Shown here: one piece after another, positions 54,398 to 63,011 of the stretch
Layout of the letters: every line of letters begins with the position of its first letter
Position numbering within the stretch: the stretch's first letter is position 1
Virus record (IMG/VR): IMGVR_UViG_3300045988_023906
DNA length: 64,000 nucleotides
Source: a virus
Strand: one strand, 5' to 3'
Position numbers and translations under genes: made by a program
Notes under the pieces: model-generated
What the model saw: the letters and a program-made list of their open reading frames with translations, nothing else
The model's database searches: none
Told to the model about the DNA's origin: nothing

Positions 54398-54603
54398 TAT
54401 TTTTTTTTTCTCCTTTTAATGTCTGTTATCAAGTTATTCTCTTTAATCAGTCTTCGAGCAATTACACATTCAAGATTCTTAGGCATGCTGATATGCCTTC
54501 CCTTATCATTCACATAGATAGCATGGTCTCCATTATGTCTGCTATAATAGAAACCATTAAATTCCACTATCTTTATGAACTCTCTTGATGTATATTGTCT
54601 CAT
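54397..54603 (-). CDS. hicA: HicA-like mRNA interferase toxin homolog
   Basis: 68 aa. SREFIKIVEFNGFYYSRHNGDHAIYVNDKGRHISMPKNLECVIARRLIKENNL fits the HicA/YcfA pattern (GF...R..G.H.....g..h..iP....l....l..i.k...l). Confidence 0.6.
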   Translation of the reverse strand: MRQYTSREFIKIVEFNGFYYSRHNGDHAIYVNDKGRHISMPKNLECVIARRLIKENNLITDIKRRKKK

Positions 54604-54690
54604 ACTACACTTTCAGAATGTCTTTATACTTCTCATAAGTCTTCCTTATGACCTCTTCCCCTATTGGATTAGGTCTCTTTGAGTCTCTCT

Positions 54691-55062
54691 CTATACAGTC
54701 TTGAAGAGGTATAAGAAGTCTTTGAACTCAAGGTCATACTTTGGTCTAACCACAGCAGGTACTATTCCTTTAGGATTGTTCCAATCATCAAGCACTCTAT
54801 TATAGTATTCTAATTCCTTGGGATTGAGATTCATATTGTCAATAACAATATCAAAACCATAGGACATAGAACTCCATAGGAAAGTACTCTTCAAGTCCTT
54901 TACTAAGTCTTCTCTACTGGGAACCCAATACTTACCTAACATATTTCTGATGTCATCATTGTTGAATCTTACTCTATGTTCAGGGTCTTCAAGTGCCCAT
55001 TGTTTAGCCCATGTAGTTTTACCACTACCTTGAATACCTCGGCATAAAATTATCTTTGGCAT
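54691..55062 (-). CDS. polynucleotide-kinase-like P-loop kinase (T4 Pnk kinase-domain type), 3' end displaced by a frameshift
   Basis: MPKIILCRGIQGSGKTTWAKQW...FNNDDIRN...VIDNMNLNP resembles the T4 PseT kinase domain. The homologous C-terminus (IPLQDCIERDSKRPNPIGEEVIRKTYEKYKDILKV) continues in the -1 frame down to the stop at 54605-54607. Confidence 0.6.
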   Translation of the reverse strand: MPKIILCRGIQGSGKTTWAKQWALEDPEHRVRFNNDDIRNMLGKYWVPSREDLVKDLKSTFLWSSMSYGFDIVIDNMNLNPKELEYYNRVLDDWNNPKGIVPAVVRPKYDLEFKDFLYLFKTV

Positions 55063-55340
55063 TGTCTTTCCTCCATATATTCTTTATGTTCTTTACAGTA
55101 CTCACTACCTTCCACAACAGGCTTCCCACAAAAGTGGCACCTCTTTTTAGCATTAAATCCTAATTCAATACTTGACTCTACTGAATCTTGAATTACTCCT
55201 CTAATAATACCAAAGGCAGTATTCAGTCTATCATTCTCAAGAGGCGTAAGTACTCCTTCCTCAAAGGGAAAGCCTACCATACCTTTTAACCTCCAAAGTA
55301 TTCTATTCCTTTTCTGCCATCTCAGTTGCTTCTCTGTCAT
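55050..55340 (-). CDS. hypothetical protein with C-terminal CxxC...CxxH cluster
   Basis: 96-aa ORF with ..RCHFCGKPVVEGSEYCKEH... Confidence 0.4.
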   Translation of the reverse strand: MTEKQLRWQKRNRILWRLKGMVGFPFEEGVLTPLENDRLNTAFGIIRGVIQDSVESSIELGFNAKKRCHFCGKPVVEGSEYCKEHKEYMEERQCQR

Positions 55341-55341
55341 A

Positions 55342-55524
55342 TTATTTACTCTTGCTGACCACAGAGTTCAAAACTAACAAAGCATCTCTAAGGGTTTTCT
55401 TTTGAGCAGGGGTACAGTTACTTAATTCACCATACTCCTGTTCAAAAAGATATGACCTTAGATGGTTAGATAGTTTCAGAGTCTCTTTAGCCTTTGTTTT
55501 AACACTAACTTTAATCCCACTCAT
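55342..55524 (-). CDS. hypothetical small protein
   Basis: 60-aa ORF with an AGGAGG-like box 10-15 nt upstream of its ATG. Confidence 0.4.
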   Translation of the reverse strand: MSGIKVSVKTKAKETLKLSNHLRSYLFEQEYGELSNCTPAQKKTLRDALLVLNSVVSKSK

Positions 55525-55547
55525 CTTTCTACCCTCCTATGATGGAC

Positions 55548-55691
55548 TTAGAAAGACTCAATGTACTCTGCATCAGGAAATGTAGCATAGACATCATCCC
55601 AAGCTGCATCTCTCTCATGCTCTACATCCTCATCATACCTATTATTATAGGTTTCTCTATGTCCATCTTTGAAATGAATTATAAATGTCAT
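55548..55691 (-). CDS. small acidic ORF (47 aa)
   Basis: MTFIIHFKDGHRETYNNRYDEDVEHERDAAWDDVYATFPDAEYIESF. It has an ATGA overlap with the stop of the DUF3310-like gene and fills an otherwise empty gap. Confidence 0.35.
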   Translation of the reverse strand: MTFIIHFKDGHRETYNNRYDEDVEHERDAAWDDVYATFPDAEYIESF

Positions 55692-55936
55692 ACTTCACCA
55701 CCTAATTGCTTTATCCTGTCATTGATATACCATATAGCCTTCTTCAAATCCTCAATTTCCTTCTGATTATCTATAAGGCTTGCATCCTGCTTATGTCCTG
55801 CCCTAAGTATATACTTAATAGCATTGCCTAAGCAAAAATCCATGTGTCTTGTTATATCAATCACCTCAATTCCACATTTATCTTTAAGCCATGTATAATG
55901 TGGAGGATGATTAACATTATCAACTTTCTGTTCCAT
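55688..55936 (-). CDS. DUF3310-family protein
   Basis: Start moved to ATG 55936 (MEQKVDNVNHPPHYTW...IEVIDITRHMDFCLGNAIKYILRAGHK....DLKKAIWYI), which matches the HP.HY....GNA.KY..R pattern. This removes the overlap with the polymerase gene. Confidence 0.6.
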   Translation of the reverse strand: MEQKVDNVNHPPHYTWLKDKCGIEVIDITRHMDFCLGNAIKYILRAGHKQDASLIDNQKEIEDLKKAIWYINDRIKQLGGEV

Positions 55937-55949
55937 ATTATTTTTCCTT

Positions 55950-58262
55950 TTAATGTACCCAGCAGGATGCCAGTTCGGGAACTGCCTTAATGGATACTTT
56001 TTTACAAAAGATATTAGCCGCATATTCCATACACTCACTTAACTTCTTAGCTTCCTGCTCTGCAATTTCCTCAGGTGGTTCTATCAGATACTCATCATGT
56101 ACATCATTAGGAATGAGGACTTTGAATATAAGACCATCATTAACCAAATGATTAAAGTATCTAATACCTGCTATCTTAGTCATTGCAGCAGCAGTACCTT
56201 GAGAAGGATAGTTACATGACTGATTATCAGAAGCACTCTTTCTCTTCCATAAGTGTTTCATCACTGACACATATACAGTCTCCCTGTTAATATCAATGAA
56301 TCTTTCCTCTACCTTACCTGCTTTTTTAACCTTATATGAATACCTAACAGCTATTTCTTCAATAGGAACACCTTGGGCAAACTTCTTTGCAATTTCTTGC
56401 ATGACAGATGGTGGAATCTCAGATATTACTCTGCCACTATCTCTTGCAGCTTTGTATATATCCCAGAAATCTTCCATACCATTCTTTCTCCTTTCAATAC
56501 CTTTCAGTATAGGATAGTCATAGATATATGCCCTTAGTCCAGTTATCTTTGAGATTAGGATATAGCCTCTATTCCACATATCTCTCTTCTGTACCTTGAA
56601 ATAGCTTGCTATACCATTAAATCTCTTGAAATAGTTGTTATAAATCTCAGTTGCAAAGTCCACAGGAATATTACAATTAGTTGCCATTGTAGGAGCTTGA
56701 CCATTATAATTGAAACAGAACCTTGCCTTCTTAGCCAAATCTCTAAGGTCTTTTCTTACCTTCTTGACATCCTTCTCTGCAACCCCATCAAGGTCTTTAG
56801 GGAAACACATCTTGGCTACAAAGGAGTGTCCATCTCTTTGATTAGGGTCATTGTAGAATGCAATCCACTCCTTATCATTAGACAACTCAGTGAACACATG
56901 ACCCTCTTGGTCTCCATAATCACAATCTACTAACAAATGTCCCTTTTCAGGTACAAATGCTGCTCTTGTTTCTTCTGTAGCTGGAAGCTGCTGAACATTG
57001 ACACTCTTATCATTTGTTTGTGTAGAAGTGTCCTTGTTTTCATCTTCCTCCTCTGCAATATCATCATCTTTAGTCTTACCTCCTTTACCTTTTCCTCCTG
57101 AGCCACAACTCAATCTACCAGTATCCATCATTTGATTGAATGTTGGGTGGATTCTTTGTGTAACAGGATTAATGGCATCAAGGAAGTTTTGACCAAAAGA
57201 TGTTACTACCTTGAAGGCTGCTGAATATTCCAAGTATAAAGGAACAATACTACTCTTACTTGCCTGCAATTCTATAAACTTAGACTCCACAGACTTTTTC
57301 ATCTTGCCTGTTTTCTTGTCTTTAACCAATAGGTCAAATCCAAGTTCTTCAAGCAATCTGATTACCTGCTTGGAACTATTCCAGTTAATAATACATTGAG
57401 GTCCAGTATTAAACTCAGAGAATAATGAAGGTTGTGGTATTACCACATACACATTATCTGCAAGTTTGGCTGGCTTACCTTTCTTGTGAGTATCATAGTT
57501 TCTTGCAATGAGGGAAAGGTCATCCTTTTTCATTACATAATCTATTACCCAATCATTAAGTTTCTGCTCAGCAATCCTTAACCTCTCTGCATCTTTAGCC
57601 ATCTTAGCCTTCCACTTAACAGGGTCAAGTTTAATGCCACAATATTCAATATATGCAAGGACTCTTACAAACTCATTCTCAATATCAAGTGCCACTTTTT
57701 GACCTCTTGCATTGATAGTAATAAGCTGCAAGTTCATAATATCCTTAAGATGCACAACATCATTTGCTGCATAAACTATAACCTCTTCTGTCATACCTGC
57801 ATGTATCTGTCCTCTGACAGTCTTGTCAAGATAGATATGTAAATACCTATCACAACAAGCCTGCAAGGACAAAGATACAATGCCAGGTGGAAATCCAAGA
57901 AATAGAATCTTCTCAGCTAAATAAGTATCATAGACATTTCTGACTACAATATGTTCCTTATACAGCCATCTTAAATCAAACTTTGCATTATGAATGATGA
58001 ATAGTCTGTCACTTTCAAGATAATCCTTATACTGCTTGACATCAATAGTCATACAGTCTATTACAACTTGATTTTCCTTATTGCCAAGTTGAAGAGTAAG
58101 TAATCTACCCTGCCATATCTCCGTACCTGTAGTTTCAGTATCTAAACCTACTACTCGAAGAGGCTCTAATATTTTAAGAGACTCTTCTACAGAAATACAT
58201 TTATACTTAGCATCAGGAGACTCAAATAGTTCTCTCTGACCAGTAACAAAATATATCATCAT
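55950..58262 (-). CDS. family A DNA polymerase with 3'-5' exonuclease domain
   Basis: Exo I is VGLDTETTG. The polymerase motifs are DTGRLSC...VNVQQLP (TGRLS/QNIP region, with an insertion), LLVDCDYGDQEGHVF (motif A-like), RDLAKKARFCFNYNG (motif B-like) and NDVHDEYLIE (motif C). Confidence 0.8.
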   Translation of the reverse strand: MMIYFVTGQRELFESPDAKYKCISVEESLKILEPLRVVGLDTETTGTEIWQGRLLTLQLGNKENQVVIDCMTIDVKQYKDYLESDRLFIIHNAKFDLRWLYKEHIVVRNVYDTYLAEKILFLGFPPGIVSLSLQACCDRYLHIYLDKTVRGQIHAGMTEEVIVYAANDVVHLKDIMNLQLITINARGQKVALDIENEFVRVLAYIEYCGIKLDPVKWKAKMAKDAERLRIAEQKLNDWVIDYVMKKDDLSLIARNYDTHKKGKPAKLADNVYVVIPQPSLFSEFNTGPQCIINWNSSKQVIRLLEELGFDLLVKDKKTGKMKKSVESKFIELQASKSSIVPLYLEYSAAFKVVTSFGQNFLDAINPVTQRIHPTFNQMMDTGRLSCGSGGKGKGGKTKDDDIAEEEDENKDTSTQTNDKSVNVQQLPATEETRAAFVPEKGHLLVDCDYGDQEGHVFTELSNDKEWIAFYNDPNQRDGHSFVAKMCFPKDLDGVAEKDVKKVRKDLRDLAKKARFCFNYNGQAPTMATNCNIPVDFATEIYNNYFKRFNGIASYFKVQKRDMWNRGYILISKITGLRAYIYDYPILKGIERRKNGMEDFWDIYKAARDSGRVISEIPPSVMQEIAKKFAQGVPIEEIAVRYSYKVKKAGKVEERFIDINRETVYVSVMKHLWKRKSASDNQSCNYPSQGTAAAMTKIAGIRYFNHLVNDGLIFKVLIPNDVHDEYLIEPPEEIAEQEAKKLSECMEYAANIFCKKVSIKAVPELASCWVH

Positions 58263-58537
58263 TCAAATGTTATAGTCCATCCATAACCCTCAACAAAGTC
58301 TATAGATTTGACAACTGCTTTGGCTTCCTCAAGCTCCTGACCTTCTATAATTATTGGACCTTCTGATGGATTAATAAACTTATGTATGTGGCATACACCT
58401 CCCACTTCACCAACTCTTAATGTAGGCACATCAGTCTTAAGTACATAAGTTTTTGATTCAGAACCATCAGGCTTAGGCATCTTCTTGAGATAGTTTACAG
58501 CTTTGTATCCAGACCTAAGTTTTATAATATCTTCCAT
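58259..58537 (-). CDS. hypothetical small protein
   Basis: 92-aa ORF, coupled by overlaps to both neighbours. Confidence 0.4.
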   Translation of the reverse strand: MEDIIKLRSGYKAVNYLKKMPKPDGSESKTYVLKTDVPTLRVGEVGGVCHIHKFINPSEGPIIIEGQELEEAKAVVKSIDFVEGYGWTITFE

Positions 58538-59031
58538 TATTTCTTAGAATAGGCAATTAACTCTTTAAAATCTAGTACATATTGGTACTTATGAAAGAAT
58601 TGACTTCCTAGTATTCCAGAAAGTGTCACTCCACTCTCTTCTTTTATATTACCAAAGGCATTACTCATATCTAGAACTTGAAAATCCTCTTTATAGTTTT
58701 CCCCTTTATAGTCTAATTGTGCTCTTACATAAGACACTGGAACCTTATTACCTTCAACACCAAATACTGTACCAACATCTTTCAGTTTTTCACAAGTAAG
58801 GCTATCTAATATATTTGAGTCTACTATGGATATTGTAGCCCCAGTATCTAGTAGAAAATTAAACTTTTTGCCATTATTATAAAATGTGATAACTGGCAAA
58901 TCTACTAAATCCATTGCCTCTTTGAAAGACATATTTACCCTTTTACTTTGCTTACAGTAATCTTCTGCACCATTAATAATAACAGCTAAGATGATTACTG
59001 CAAGCAATATACCCACTATTTCTAATATCAT
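58537..59031 (-). CDS. membrane-anchored retropepsin-like aspartic protease
   Basis: An N-terminal TM (MILEIVGILLAVIILAVIING) is followed by FNFLLDTGATISIV (the D-T-G-A active-site loop) and a C-terminal SGILGSQFF, as in single-domain retroviral-type aspartyl proteases. Confidence 0.6.
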   Translation of the reverse strand: MILEIVGILLAVIILAVIINGAEDYCKQSKRVNMSFKEAMDLVDLPVITFYNNGKKFNFLLDTGATISIVDSNILDSLTCEKLKDVGTVFGVEGNKVPVSYVRAQLDYKGENYKEDFQVLDMSNAFGNIKEESGVTLSGILGSQFFHKYQYVLDFKELIAYSKK

Positions 59032-59052
59032 GCTTCCTGCTTTTTTTCATTA

Positions 59053-59604
59053 TTACTTAATTCCTGTTGAGCCAAATCCTAATCTATTTTCATTACCCAA
59101 ATCATCTACTTCCACAAGTTCAATACCTGAACTTAGCAGCCATTTAATCTTCTGCCACATAGTAGCTTTCTGACTAAGCTGTATCCTAAATTGACAGATT
59201 CTGTCACCTGCTTCAATAGTGGTCTCTCTCATAGGAGAACATACATAGTGCCACTGGTCATCATTGCCATTATATGTGTTATCTACTACACCTTGACCAT
59301 TTGGGATGAATAATCCTAACTTTTTAGGACCACTACTCCTTGAATCAATAATAGCTTCAAATCCTTGTGGTAGTTGCATTGCAACTCCAAGAGGAATATA
59401 ATAGGTAGGAATTTCTACATCCCTATGACCTACCCTCTCTCCTCCAATGGTCTTCCTTTTGAGGACATCAGACTGTGGTGCAGGAATAGTAATATCTACT
59501 GCTGATTTCAAATCAACCCAATCACCATTCTCATTAATCACAGGCATACAACCCTCAGTCAATACTTTTACTTTAATCTTTAGTCTCATCTTTCCAAAAT
59601 TCAC
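59053..59604 (-). CDS. dut: dUTP diphosphatase
   Basis: GDWVDLKSA, IPLGVAMQLPQGFEAIIDSRSS and GQGVVDNTYNGNDD match trimeric dUTPase motifs 1-3. The start may be the internal Met (MRLKIKV, 59589). Confidence 0.75.
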   Translation of the reverse strand: MNFGKMRLKIKVKVLTEGCMPVINENGDWVDLKSAVDITIPAPQSDVLKRKTIGGERVGHRDVEIPTYYIPLGVAMQLPQGFEAIIDSRSSGPKKLGLFIPNGQGVVDNTYNGNDDQWHYVCSPMRETTIEAGDRICQFRIQLSQKATMWQKIKWLLSSGIELVEVDDLGNENRLGFGSTGIK

Positions 59605-60106
59605 TTGTCATATCTATAGTATAATACCTCTCTTCTTTTTTCAAATCAGGATATTCATGTATTGCCTTGCATACCCAGTAGAACCTTTGATTTGTGCCCC
59701 TTCTTGTAAGTGGGCCATACTCTTCCATATATGGGCCAAGTTTGATATAGTCAAAGTTTTTCAGGTCAATTTCATCAGCCTGAATATCCCTGCCACTATA
59801 CCATGCAACCTTTATATTGTTCCACTCTTTTAAGCCCATGCTACGTTTCTTCTTTACAAACTCTGCAAGCCTGTTTATGCTCTCAGGGTCTGAATCTCCA
59901 CCCATAAATGCAATGCAGGTAATACCCTTATTGGCAAGTACCATCTCCTCTAAAGCATCTTCATCCAATATTTCCCCAATGTCCTCTGCCAAGTAAGGGC
60001 TATGGCAGTTTTTGCACCCATTTTTACATCCTGTAATATTTATACATAATGTAATTTCGTCAGGCACCTCTGCAAATGTTACTTGAGTATTCAAATATTT
60101 CAACAT
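59573..60106 (-). CDS. nrdG: anaerobic ribonucleotide reductase activating protein (radical SAM)
   Basis: ITGCKNGCKNCHSPYL carries the CxxxCxxC cluster, and the gene is adjacent to nrdD. Confidence 0.8.
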   Translation of the reverse strand: MLKYLNTQVTFAEVPDEITLCINITGCKNGCKNCHSPYLAEDIGEILDEDALEEMVLANKGITCIAFMGGDSDPESINRLAEFVKKKRSMGLKEWNNIKVAWYSGRDIQADEIDLKNFDYIKLGPYMEEYGPLTRRGTNQRFYWVCKAIHEYPDLKKEERYYTIDMTSEFWKDETKD

Positions 60107-60788
60107 ATCTTTTAACTATATTAAGGTTATCTATAGGTAGGGGATATTTTTCCACTAAGGTATTAAGATATTCCATATCTCTATCCTTCTTATAAGCAAC
60201 TGCCTCTTCCAAAGTTTTGAAATTTCTATTAACCTTAGCAAACTTCCTCCTCAATCTAACACAATATGTATTATGAGGAGTAAGATAAATACCCTTACCT
60301 ATAGTTGAAATAAAAGTGTTAATCTCTGGAGGTAAGAGAATACAAGTATTAGGAGAGTATATTTTGGGAATATTTAGTATAAGAGATTTGCAATCTTTAT
60401 CTATTTCGAGACTATGACTACTATCTCCATTTTCTTCATACCATCTCCTAAAATTTGAATATATCTTGAACTCTTCTGATACTATTATCCCCTTAGCTCC
60501 ATAAGTACTGTAAGCAGGACATTTAGGGTCATAACATCTCCTCTCCATATTCTTCCAAACATTATAAATATGCTTATCAGTAATAGACTCATCACAGATA
60601 AATCCATATTCATCTCTCTTATCTGGATTAGAGACATTACCATATTGGGCACTATCTAATCTAAAATATAGCCTTCTGGTGTATCCCTCAAAATGTCCTG
60701 TGTAATAGTACCTATTCCTTACTTTCTTTGTTGATTTACCTTCTATTACCAAGACATCACCACAACTTTGTAAAATTTTATCTTCCAT
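60060..60788 (-). CDS. HNH-type homing-endonuclease-like protein with AP2-like DNA-binding domain, inserted between nrdD and nrdG
   Basis: IYNVWKNMERRCYDPKCPAYSTYGAKGIIVSEEF...LEIDKD....YSPNTCILLP matches the W..M..RC.nP....Y..YG..GI.V / (L)D(R)ID..Y.P.NC family. The C-terminal ..YCVRLRRKFAKVNRNFKTLEEAVAYKKDRD is AP2-like. Its 3' end overlaps nrdG by 47 nt. Confidence 0.6.
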   Translation of the reverse strand: MEDKILQSCGDVLVIEGKSTKKVRNRYYYTGHFEGYTRRLYFRLDSAQYGNVSNPDKRDEYGFICDESITDKHIYNVWKNMERRCYDPKCPAYSTYGAKGIIVSEEFKIYSNFRRWYEENGDSSHSLEIDKDCKSLILNIPKIYSPNTCILLPPEINTFISTIGKGIYLTPHNTYCVRLRRKFAKVNRNFKTLEEAVAYKKDRDMEYLNTLVEKYPLPIDNLNIVKRYVEIFEYSSNICRGA

Positions 60789-60803
60789 ACTAAATTATTT
60801 TGA

Positions 60804-60840
60804 TGCAAAGGTACTAAAAATAATGCAAATAACAAAATCT
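60804..60840 (-). promoter_or_regulatory. Bacteroidota-type promoter (TTTTG-N19-TACCTTTGCA) upstream of the HNH-AP2 gene / nrdG
   Basis: The reverse complement reads agaTTTTGttatttgcattatttttagTACCTTTGCA, 18 nt upstream of ATG 60788. Confidence 0.5.
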
Positions 60841-60850
60841 TAAGGACAAA

Positions 60851-63010
60851 TTATACACCTTTACTATAAACCCTTTTGTTAGCTTCAATCTGCCTATCTT
60901 TACCAAATGATTTAATAGGTCTTAAATACCCTATCACTCTTGTATATTGAGTAATATTCTTACTATGGCACTTTGGGCATTCAGTGATAGGATGCTTAGT
61001 AATGTAGCCACAATCATCACACTTACTATTAGGAATATTAAATGTGAAGTAGTTAGTTCCATTAGCTATTGCAAAGTCTATCAGCTTGAGATACTGCTCC
61101 TTACTCAGGTGGTCTTCAAGATTAATATGAGCTGCACTGCCTCCATCAGTGAATTGATAAGTCTGCCTTCCATGAAGAATAAACTTGTCAAGTACTGAAG
61201 TATCATCATGTGCATCATAGAAGTATGAATTGTACAGATTCTCATCATCAGGAACCCAATATCCATCCTCTTTATCCCAATTATAATTCTTTCCTCCTAA
61301 CCCTTCAGCAGGAACTACCTCAGAATTGAATAGGAATGGTCTATTGGCATCATGGATAGAATGTATCTTGTTCTGCTCTTTGATAGTACCAAGAACCAGT
61401 TGCAGGAACTCAATATACTCCTTGTTGTTGCCAACAGTCATACCTAAGAATCTTGCAGCCTCATTCAAGCCATTGATACCTATAGTACTATACAATTTGC
61501 TGATGTGAATATACCCGCCATTTGAAGCAGCAAACATACCCTTATCTTCAAGTTCATATAGCATTGTCTTAAATGCAACATGGTACTTGTAGACTCTTTG
61601 GAGAATATCTACTAAGTAATCTCTAAGAAATGAAGTATTTTCTTTCCATCCTCCATTCCTCTTCAATCCATAAGCCTTGTTGCAATCCTGCACAATCCTA
61701 TTGATATTAAGAGTGATTACATTGCATGAACCTGTCATTACACCAGTAAGACCTGATGTAGGATTGAAAGTATTCTCTGCAAGCTCATTCCTCAATCTAC
61801 AGCATGATGCAAGACTATCAGCACTGTCTGATATATAGGTGAAGAAGCTATGACCCCCTGCATACATCTCAGCAGTAAAGTCCTTATAGTCTTTATCTAT
61901 AATATCATTGGTCTTAGGGTCATACACCATAGCCATTGTCTCTACAGGGAATGTAAGAATCTGTTTGGTTCTCAGCTTATTGAAGAATTTCATAAACAGC
62001 CTTTGCAGACAGTCTATTGCTTCCCACTGGGGTTTAGTACCATCAGGATAATAGAACTCTCCAAACAGTGAATCAAAGTAAGTATGGTCATAATAAGACA
62101 CATTAGTAAATGGACTTTGATATGACCTATTACCAGCAGGCTGGTTTACACCATAGATAAACTGCTTGAATGCTTTATATATGGCATCTCTTACAGTCCT
62201 CTGCTTACTGCAATGGTCTGTAGTAGTTACTACATCCAACTTTTCATACCAATTAGGACCAAATTCCTGCACAATGTAATAGTTAAGGGCAATAAAGTAT
62301 TCACCTACTGCCACTGCACCTTTACACTGAGAAGATAGCAAGAAGATAAGATTGGTTACTTGACCACTGAATGATTGCAGGTCATTAGGAGGTGTTGGAG
62401 TGATACCATCAATATTGCCAACTCCTTCCATCATAAGAGGATACAGACTCACAGCCATACAATACTGCTTCAAGACAGGAGTAGTTGCTTCATCATGTGT
62501 ATAAATGACATGAGAGTTCAAATCCTCTTCATACTTCTTGGCTACTTCAGGGTACATTTCATTCAGCTTGTCTTTCATTCTTTGCCTCTGAATAACCCTA
62601 TTAGTAGTCTTATATACTTCACCCTCAAGGTTGGCAACATTCTTCATAGTTACATTTGCATTAGCATCTGTTTCTGATGAAGTGGCTGCATTTTCATTAG
62701 ATTGACTATACTCATTCATATAGTCAATTCTTTCCCTAATGAATCTTGCCTGCTTATGCTGTTCCCTATAAATGATATAACTCTTTGCTACATCAAAGTG
62801 TTTGTCATTCATAAGAACATCCTCAACCTTATTCTGTATCTCTTCAATACCTATAGTATCTCCTTCCAAAGTACCAAACAAGGCACCTATCATATCATAC
62901 AGATATTGAGGCATTTTCTTGTTGCAAGACTTAAAGGCTTTCTCTACAGCACTTATAATCTTATCAACATTAAATTCCTCTATACTGCCATCTCTTTTTA
63001 CTACTTGCAT
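60851..63010 (-). CDS. nrdD: anaerobic (class III) ribonucleoside-triphosphate reductase
   Basis: It has an N-terminal ATP-cone (MQVVKRDGSIEEFNVDKI), a C-terminal Zn-ribbon (CDDCGY...CPKCHS) and the glycyl-radical motif TRVIGYLRP. Confidence 0.85.
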   Translation of the reverse strand: MQVVKRDGSIEEFNVDKIISAVEKAFKSCNKKMPQYLYDMIGALFGTLEGDTIGIEEIQNKVEDVLMNDKHFDVAKSYIIYREQHKQARFIRERIDYMNEYSQSNENAATSSETDANANVTMKNVANLEGEVYKTTNRVIQRQRMKDKLNEMYPEVAKKYEEDLNSHVIYTHDEATTPVLKQYCMAVSLYPLMMEGVGNIDGITPTPPNDLQSFSGQVTNLIFLLSSQCKGAVAVGEYFIALNYYIVQEFGPNWYEKLDVVTTTDHCSKQRTVRDAIYKAFKQFIYGVNQPAGNRSYQSPFTNVSYYDHTYFDSLFGEFYYPDGTKPQWEAIDCLQRLFMKFFNKLRTKQILTFPVETMAMVYDPKTNDIIDKDYKDFTAEMYAGGHSFFTYISDSADSLASCCRLRNELAENTFNPTSGLTGVMTGSCNVITLNINRIVQDCNKAYGLKRNGGWKENTSFLRDYLVDILQRVYKYHVAFKTMLYELEDKGMFAASNGGYIHISKLYSTIGINGLNEAARFLGMTVGNNKEYIEFLQLVLGTIKEQNKIHSIHDANRPFLFNSEVVPAEGLGGKNYNWDKEDGYWVPDDENLYNSYFYDAHDDTSVLDKFILHGRQTYQFTDGGSAAHINLEDHLSKEQYLKLIDFAIANGTNYFTFNIPNSKCDDCGYITKHPITECPKCHSKNITQYTRVIGYLRPIKSFGKDRQIEANKRVYSKGV

Positions 63011-63011
63011 A

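Noticed and set aside
55525-55547. AGGAGG Shine-Dalgarno-like box upstream of 55342..55524 (also AAGGAG before 16113) as a special signal
   Set aside because: Only a few genes have one, and most starts are A-rich without SD. This is probably incidental and not enough for a separate claim.
60851-63010. Intron or intein inside nrdD (as in T4 nrdD/sunY)
   Set aside because: The 719-aa ORF is continuous from the ATP-cone to the glycyl-radical motif with no extra insert. The intron belongs to the gene upstream of nrdD.
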